A program made the position numbers and the translations under genes. The notes beneath the pieces were generated by a model that saw nothing but the letters and a program-made list of their open reading frames with translations, ran no database searches and had not been told where the DNA came from. A stretch of 64,000 nt of DNA from Amoebidium appalachense (lineage: Eukaryota > Protista > Ichthyosporea), in assembly GCA_963693365.1 (NCBI GenBank), contig CAVNZM010000009.1, positions 1,924,231 through 1,988,230 of the forward strand. Reading direction: 5' to 3'. Of this stretch, positions 51,883 to 64,000 are shown piece by piece. The first letter of the stretch is position 1; every line of letters begins with the position of its first letter.

Positions 51883-52752
51883 TTGTTTCGTACTCGGTTT
51901 GTGCCTCCCTTAATCAGTATGTTTGCATTGTCGTCTGCTGTTTGTCGTATGGAGGAATTGTCTCTTCGTTTTTGTTTTCATTTAGTTAGGATACCTGATG
52001 GTCACCCTCTTTATGCTTTCTTTTCCCCCCCTCCCTCCATCCCTCTTCCCCTTCGATTCACCAACGCTACTTCTGAATGTCCTCAGCCTACCCTCTTTCA
52101 ACCTGATTCTTCCTCTCGCTATCTCACTCCCTCTTTCTTTTCTCTTCCTGTTTTTTCTGCCTTTTCGCGTTATTACCATACGCAGTATAAGTTTCTTTCT
52201 CGTTCTGATAGAGAAATCAAAGGTAAAACTCAGTCGGCATGTGTTATGTTCCTTAGGCAACACCGTACTGATCATTATCGCTTTTTGGGAGCTTTGGCAG
52301 GATACATACATTTCTCCTGCTGTACGTATGGATACCACCCTAGTGCACCTAGTAGATACGTCTGTATGGTGCTCTGATGTTGATATTGCCTGGGAAGTTG
52401 TGCAGTGGCGCTGTAATTCTTGTTTTCATCGCCGCTGGTGCCACTTTTGTGCTGAACTTTTTAATCGTAAGCATGTTGATAGGTGTGAGTTTTTATGTCG
52501 CGTTTTACCTCTTTCCCTACGGGTGTCTGCTACATTAGCTGGCAATGTGAACACTTTAGACTTTTTGTTGAATTCTGTTGGTCGTCACATTGAGTATTTA
52601 TATGATTTTCACACAGTGTTCAGGTATCTCAGTATGCACTTGTTACTGGATAACTCGTGAAGTTTTTATTGTCTTCTCAGTATGCCGTGCATACTTGCAT
52701 ATCTTTCCGTCGAATAAATCCAGTCAAAAGGAAAAGAAGAAGAAAAAAAAAA
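51883..52752 (+). mobile_element. 5'-truncated non-LTR retrotransposon (ORF2 C-terminus with CCHC-like knuckle and A-rich tail)
   Basis: Frameshifted ORF pieces end in WRCNSCFHRRWCHFCAELFNRKHVDRC...NTLDFLLNS (Cx2Cx7Hx3C), followed by AAAAGGAAAAGAAGAAGAAAAAAAAAA. Confidence 0.6.
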
Positions 52753-53939
52753 TTGGATGCACCTTAAGATACGCCCCACTACAGAAAGGGGTATTGGGTG
52801 ATCTACCCCGGGGATGATGAATTGAACAGGCGGCCCCCCGGCCCCAAGTTCGCGTTGTTCAAATCACAATTTCATCCCATCTGCATACCAAAGTTATGAA
52901 TGTACAAGGGTTTTCAGAAACAAAAATACTGCAGACAAATATCAGCTTATTAGTAATATTCAGGCTATGTTATCAAGCACTAGCCCCTCACGTTTTGGGT
53001 ACTCGGGATCCGGCTCTCATTTTTTCTCAGGAATGGAATGCTTGGGGGCATTGTGGAAATACCACAAACAGAATAACCAATGAGTGCATATGAAGTTGTG
53101 TGTCAAGGAGTGTACTCGAGTCTCGGAAGTTCTTGGAGCCAACTTTTCGCAGATAGTGTCGACTGTTTATACATCATTATCGCTGTGTCCCCTTTTTCCC
53201 CACACGTAAAGGTACTGTTTTATGGCTTATGCACCGGCACAACCCTCCACTAAACGCTACACTACTCGATTCCTCGAAATGTTCAGGTATGCATTTCGTA
53301 GTCTTAAAAGCTTATCTATTGGCTATCAAAATTGAATACCTTGGGGCCTTAAACTGCCGCAAACACTGCCAAACAGCGTAGTCACCGGGCACACCGTGTA
53401 CACTAATATTAAAATTAGTGGAACTTCGTTGCCAAGTAACGTATGTATACGTATGGCTGTATGGCCCAGACCTTTCAATCTTTTCGCCGGCGTCATGCAA
53501 TTTTTGAGGAGGGTGATGGTGGCTCATATGTATGATCATCATCTCATCATGTCTTGCACGGAGACCGGCACGAACTTGGACTGTTGCAGCTGTTGGACAT
53601 TCACAAGTCAAGCTGCATGCACATGATCCGCCCGTCCCCCTCCCCCCCCTCCCCCCCCCCCCCCCCCCCCCCCCCCCCCACACCGCCCACCCACCCACCC
53701 TACGTGCACCCCACCCCCACCCCCTCCCAGGGAATTTTTTATTTTATTTTATTTTTATTTTTTTTTTTGGGGGGGGGGGGGGGGGAGGGGGGGGGGGGGG
53801 GGGGGGGGGAGGGGGGGAGGGGGGGGGGGGGAGGCGGAAGGGGGAATGGGACGAGATGATTGATATCAACTGACAGACAGAGGGCGAGGAGGGGATCCAG
53901 TGGGAGGGGAGCGGGCAAAGAGGGAGGGGTGGGGGGGTG

Positions 53940-54558
53940 AGGCGCCACTCTACCCCCAGCCCTCGCCAAGCACCCCCGATCCCGAGACACCCTATTGGCT
54001 AACCTGACCCAGTGTATCCGAATTTTTTCTTGAATCATTTGGAAACCCAGGTGTAGGACATTACACCCTGAACCCACAACAAAACACACACACACAGCTT
54101 ACAAAAACAAACCAGCCACCCGTAGGAAACGGCCACGCACAACACCTAGAGCCAAAACCCCCACCCACCCAAACGCTACCGGCTTGCCCTAGATGCAGAT
54201 ACAGCCACCGAAAAATAGAATGCAACCCACACCACGCCTACAGACACACAGCGGCCACCACCAGCCTACATGACATGGGATACCACATACCGGCACCCCA
54301 CCACTCCCAACCCCACAGCACCACCACACCAAGTTAGACCCCCGTCAGCAGACATGTGAAATTTCGGACCCAGACCCCCCCAAAAGCTAAAATATAGTTA
54401 GCTAGAATCAAACCCCCCCATATCTCTTGTAAATAATAGTCCGGTCGTTCTGCCATGTCTGTCTGACGGGCTCAGTCTGGAACTTAGGTATACACTATTA
54501 GGTCCCATGGGGCTTGTACCCGCCACTAGACAGCGGTACTGAATAATTATAAGCAAAA
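53940..54558 (+). mobile_element. Possible second LINE 3' remnant with a structured 3' UTR, between G-runs
   Basis: Degenerate frame ...LANLTQCIRIFS*IIWKPRC resembles the WxIWxxR motif of the L1-like ORF2 C-terminus. Downstream stem CCCGTCAGCAGACATG / CATGTCTGTCTGACGGG. Confidence 0.35.
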
Positions 54559-54939
54559 CGGGGGGGAGGGGGGGGGGGGGGGGGGATGAGACTGGGTAGC
54601 GCTCTATATTAAATTGGCATGATCATAGTACGTACAGGCATTTAACCACACGCTCCGGCGGCCATACACACACACGGACATGCACGCGCATGCACACACG
54701 CCGTGACACGCACACGCACCCACACACACACAGACACACACACGCGCTCACGCGCAGCTAACACAGCATGAACACACACGCACACACTCGCGTACACACA
54801 TACACGTGCACACGCACACACACAGTCTTTTGGACACACAAGCACACACGCACTGTGTCATACACTTGAATAGTAGACACACACGCCGAACTGATACTCG
54901 ACTCCCACACATGCACATGTACGCATGCCCATGCACACG

Positions 54940-54987
<48 letters not shown>

Positions 54988-54988
54988 G

Positions 54989-55046
<58 letters not shown>

Positions 55047-55311
55047 GGAGAAAGAGAGAGAGAGAGAGGGGGGGGGGGGGTACACAGTGTGTCACAAACA
55101 CACAACGTGTGCACATGCAATTGCAGTTTCGAGTTGGAGCTGAGCCTCTTCCTCTCTATCCATCGCTCCCCCCTCCCCCCCAGTCTCTCTCTCGCTTCCC
55201 TTCCCCCCCCCTCCCCCGCCCCCGTCTCTCAGTCCGTCTCTCTCATCTCTCATTCTAACAGCATCTCTCTCTCTAGCATTAGAGGCTCCCCCCTCCCCGC
55301 CCTCCCCCCCC

Positions 55312-55472
<161 letters not shown>

Positions 55473-55925
55473 ACCTCTCTTTTTTGCCCAAGCTCTCTTT
55501 TCTGTACCTGCCTGCCTGCCTGTCTGCCTCTCCCTCCCTCTCTCCCTCCCCACCTGCCCCCCCCCCCCCTCCCCCCCCCCCAAAAAAATCTCTCCCTTTA
55601 TGGGTAAGTCTTAGTATTTCAACCCATGTACACTTGGTGGAACGTCGTAATATAACTCTCGGCATTCATGTGATCTGTGTGAGGCACTGTATCCACACTG
55701 ACGTGAAAAGAATTTTAGAAGGCCACCTATCACACACGTTGTTTGGAGCCGCTTGGCATATTTCATTGCGAGGGAGGGAAGGGGGGGAGGGAGGAGAGGA
55801 AGGGAGCCGGAGGAGGGGGAGGGGGGGAGGGGGGAATGCATAATATTTGACCATTCCTCGTGGGCTTCACATCTGGCATATATTAAGAGTTGAACGGCCT
55901 TTGGTTATTACGACGTGGTTGCCAC

Positions 55926-56039
<114 letters not shown>

Positions 56040-56087
56040 TGTGGGTGTGCGTGTGTGTGTGTATGTGTGTACACGTGTGTGTGTACA

Positions 56088-56204
<117 letters not shown>

Positions 56205-57453
56205 TGTGGGTGCGTGCTGTGGATTGCTAATAGTTGTAGCTAAACGGTACAAGACTGTAGAAATCTAATATTGAAATTGAGAGGCTGCATCTTGTGCTCG
56301 CATACTTTGATAAGCATAGGTGCAACAAAAGCCTTATGTACTTCAAAATGCCATTGGCCTCGTCAATATACCTACTGTGAATAAATCCGAGTTGGGCTTG
56401 GCTTTTGGTTACCGGATAATCCCCCCCCCCCCCCCCCCCCCCCTTGCCCCTCTACCGCCACGGCCACCACCATCGATGAGAAGACCAAAAACACACACAC
56501 ACACGCTCACGCGCACACATGCACAGGCACGCACACGCACACACACCCAGTGTTCCCCAAACATCTTATCCATCCCGCAGTGCATCAAGATGGCATACCA
56601 CTATGTGATTATTGAGATCAGAAGGGTTAGGGTTTCTGGCGGGTCACGTTGGTAATAGTAGCTGTCTCTTTTGAAGCTTTCAGGTTTCAGATCTCAACAG
56701 CATCTTTTTGCCCGCTGCTAGTTTCGCAGGTTTATGCAATCAGTGCCTGTTCCTAGGTAACGCCAGACCGTCGAACATCACTGTGCATACGTTATTTGCA
56801 CTGCTGCCGCACAGAAACGTGGTTGACTGTGACCCCGGCCCTACGGAGGGTGTTGAGTTGTAGCATTTCACTTAGCTTTTTCATTGAGTCATTTCCTTGC
56901 TCTTTCTCACGGTATTATGTACGTACTCCTGTTAATATACAAACCACCGGCCCACGTGCAGAATAACGATCGCAAAGCCTATAATGGGCCATGGGGCCAC
57001 CTAGCTGCATCAACCCTTACTCACGTGTACGAGCCCGAAAAAGCAGACGTGATTTGCTGTGCACAAGCTGCCCATTGTGTTTGCGACACTTCCGATCCGT
57101 AGCCAGGTCAGGGATGACCGAAGTCGTGGGGATGGGGGCCTGTTGGGCAGGTTAGGGATGGGGGAGGGGAGGGCCAGGAGGGGGAGGGAGGGCGCTTTGA
57201 AATCAATCGAAGAGGAGGAATAGCTGTTGTTGTTCTCTCAAACCATACAGGAAAAGAGGGCTCTGCTCCGTTCCAAAAACAGCGGCCATGTCAATCTCGA
57301 GGGCATCGTGTACTGCAGGCCTAACTAAATAACGTGAGGGTGGTGGTGGTGCCACGGTGGTGGTCGTGGTGGTGGGGTTAGCCTAAGGGTGCATGGCGGG
57401 GAAGGGAGCGTGGAGAGGGGATGCTCGAGGGGAGGGAGGGGATCGATCCTCAA

Positions 57454-57487
<34 letters not shown>

Positions 57488-57569
57488 GGGGGGGGGGGGA
57501 GGTGGGAGGGTCATCATATAGATCTCCCAAGTCGTTATAATATATGTTTGTTGTGTTTTGTGTGCAAGT

Positions 57570-57790
57570 TGTGATTGGGGCATGTGCAACGGCCGCGCCG
57601 GCCTTCGGAAGTAAAAGCCTGCCAGTCTCAGACTGGGCGGGTAAACTTTGCAAAACAATCACGAAATGATTGGCTGAACATTCCGATTGGCTAGCCATGT
57701 CAGTTGTGTGTCGACAGTGACTCGACACCCTCGAGTGTTTTACCAATAGGATGTAAGTACGAAAGATGCTGATCGTTTTGATTGGCTACA
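57570..57790. promoter_or_regulatory. Cluster of five CCAAT boxes
   Basis: ATTGG at 57574, 57669, 57686 and 57781, and CCAAT at 57743; about 1 kb upstream of the AGC kinase. Confidence 0.45.
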
Positions 57791-58759
57791 ATAATTTCTG
57801 GTACTCCCACGCACTGGCACGTCAGCGCACAGGGATTGCAATAATATCTTTTAGCATCGATGACATCCCAACTGCCATGGCCACATCAACCAGCTTCATG
57901 GGCTTTTTTTTCTTCCAATTGTTTACATTAACAAGCCAATAAACTATTACACTTTGAAAAGCCGTTAAAAGCATTTTTGAGACATCACTTATTGAAACCA
58001 TCTAAAATCGCGCAGGATTATGAAATCAAGTCAAGATGAACACCAATTGAATTGAACGATCATCTTTTATTCAGATTTTGGTTATCTTAAACCATTTAAC
58101 GCTGTCTAGATCACGAGGCCTATCTAGCGGCTTGGTAAGATCTCTGTTTTGGTAATGACCATTTGTGATAAGAAACCAACGAGACCTAGTCAAGTTAGAA
58201 CCGTCCCGGCTCTGTAAACCCAATTTTTTCTCCGTGGGGCTTGATCATTTTGCTAAATTGCAATTGTAGGGAAAAACAAAGGATAAGATATCAACAAATT
58301 TTAATTAAAAAATTCATAAATATATTGATACGCAAATTATAGCTCTGAATATGGACGAAGTGGTACAAATTTCCTCATAAATAAAGTTTTGACAGCACTT
58401 GTAGCAAGATTTGAAATTATTATGTAAGACCCCATCCATCCATACAGGGAGACGTGAAAAAAACCTTTCATCGGGCGGGCAACACCACCAGCAAAGGAGT
58501 CATGATCACGAAGAAAACATCAACAAGTGAGCAAGTGTTTGCAGCAGGTCCAGTTCAATTTTGTAGGCTTAGTTTTGTAGGCTTGAGTTTAGCTAGCTAC
58601 CCATATGCAGCAGCATTCTAAAGTACCATTAGTGATGATACAACTGCCTATTCAAAACACACACGTATTAGTCACGCAAACATTAAGTGGCACCACGGTT
58701 GTTTGTTGTCCGCGTTTTCTGGATCCTTTTCTTTGAAATCCATACCAGAACTGTGGCGA

Positions 58760-64000
<5,241 letters not shown>

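Noticed and set aside
52815-52880. tRNA-like GTTCAAATC motif
   Set aside because: No cloverleaf can be built; the segment forms a simple imperfect hairpin (GGGATGA...TCATCCC).

Overview
Eukaryotic genomic DNA, probably a unicellular opisthokont/holozoan (inferred from gene content only). Its introns are packed with (CA)n, (GA)n and poly(C)/poly(G) tracts, so almost all ORFs in the supplied track are repeat artefacts. Manual splicing recovers four intact-looking genes: a Misshapen/MAP4K4-type STE20 kinase with a C-terminal CNH domain (+, 8217-29580), a SWIM zinc-finger protein (-, 31711-34687), endophilin B (BAR+SH3; +, 36380-47782) and an AGC kinase (+, ~58760 to beyond the window end). There is also a pseudogenised CBM1 + bacterial-type GH19 chitinase (-, 49372-51410). 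The most notable signal is a dispersed family of 5'-truncated retroelement 3' ends that always finish in ...ATT(C/T)AAA-poly(C). Two diverged subfamilies share a covarying RNA fold containing all hammerhead-ribozyme core motifs, but in a non-circularly permuted (pseudoknotted) strand order. Also present: long intronic hairpins, LINE remnants, minisatellites and a GC-AG intron. Exon boundaries were read by eye, and homopolymer lengths may contain sequencing errors.
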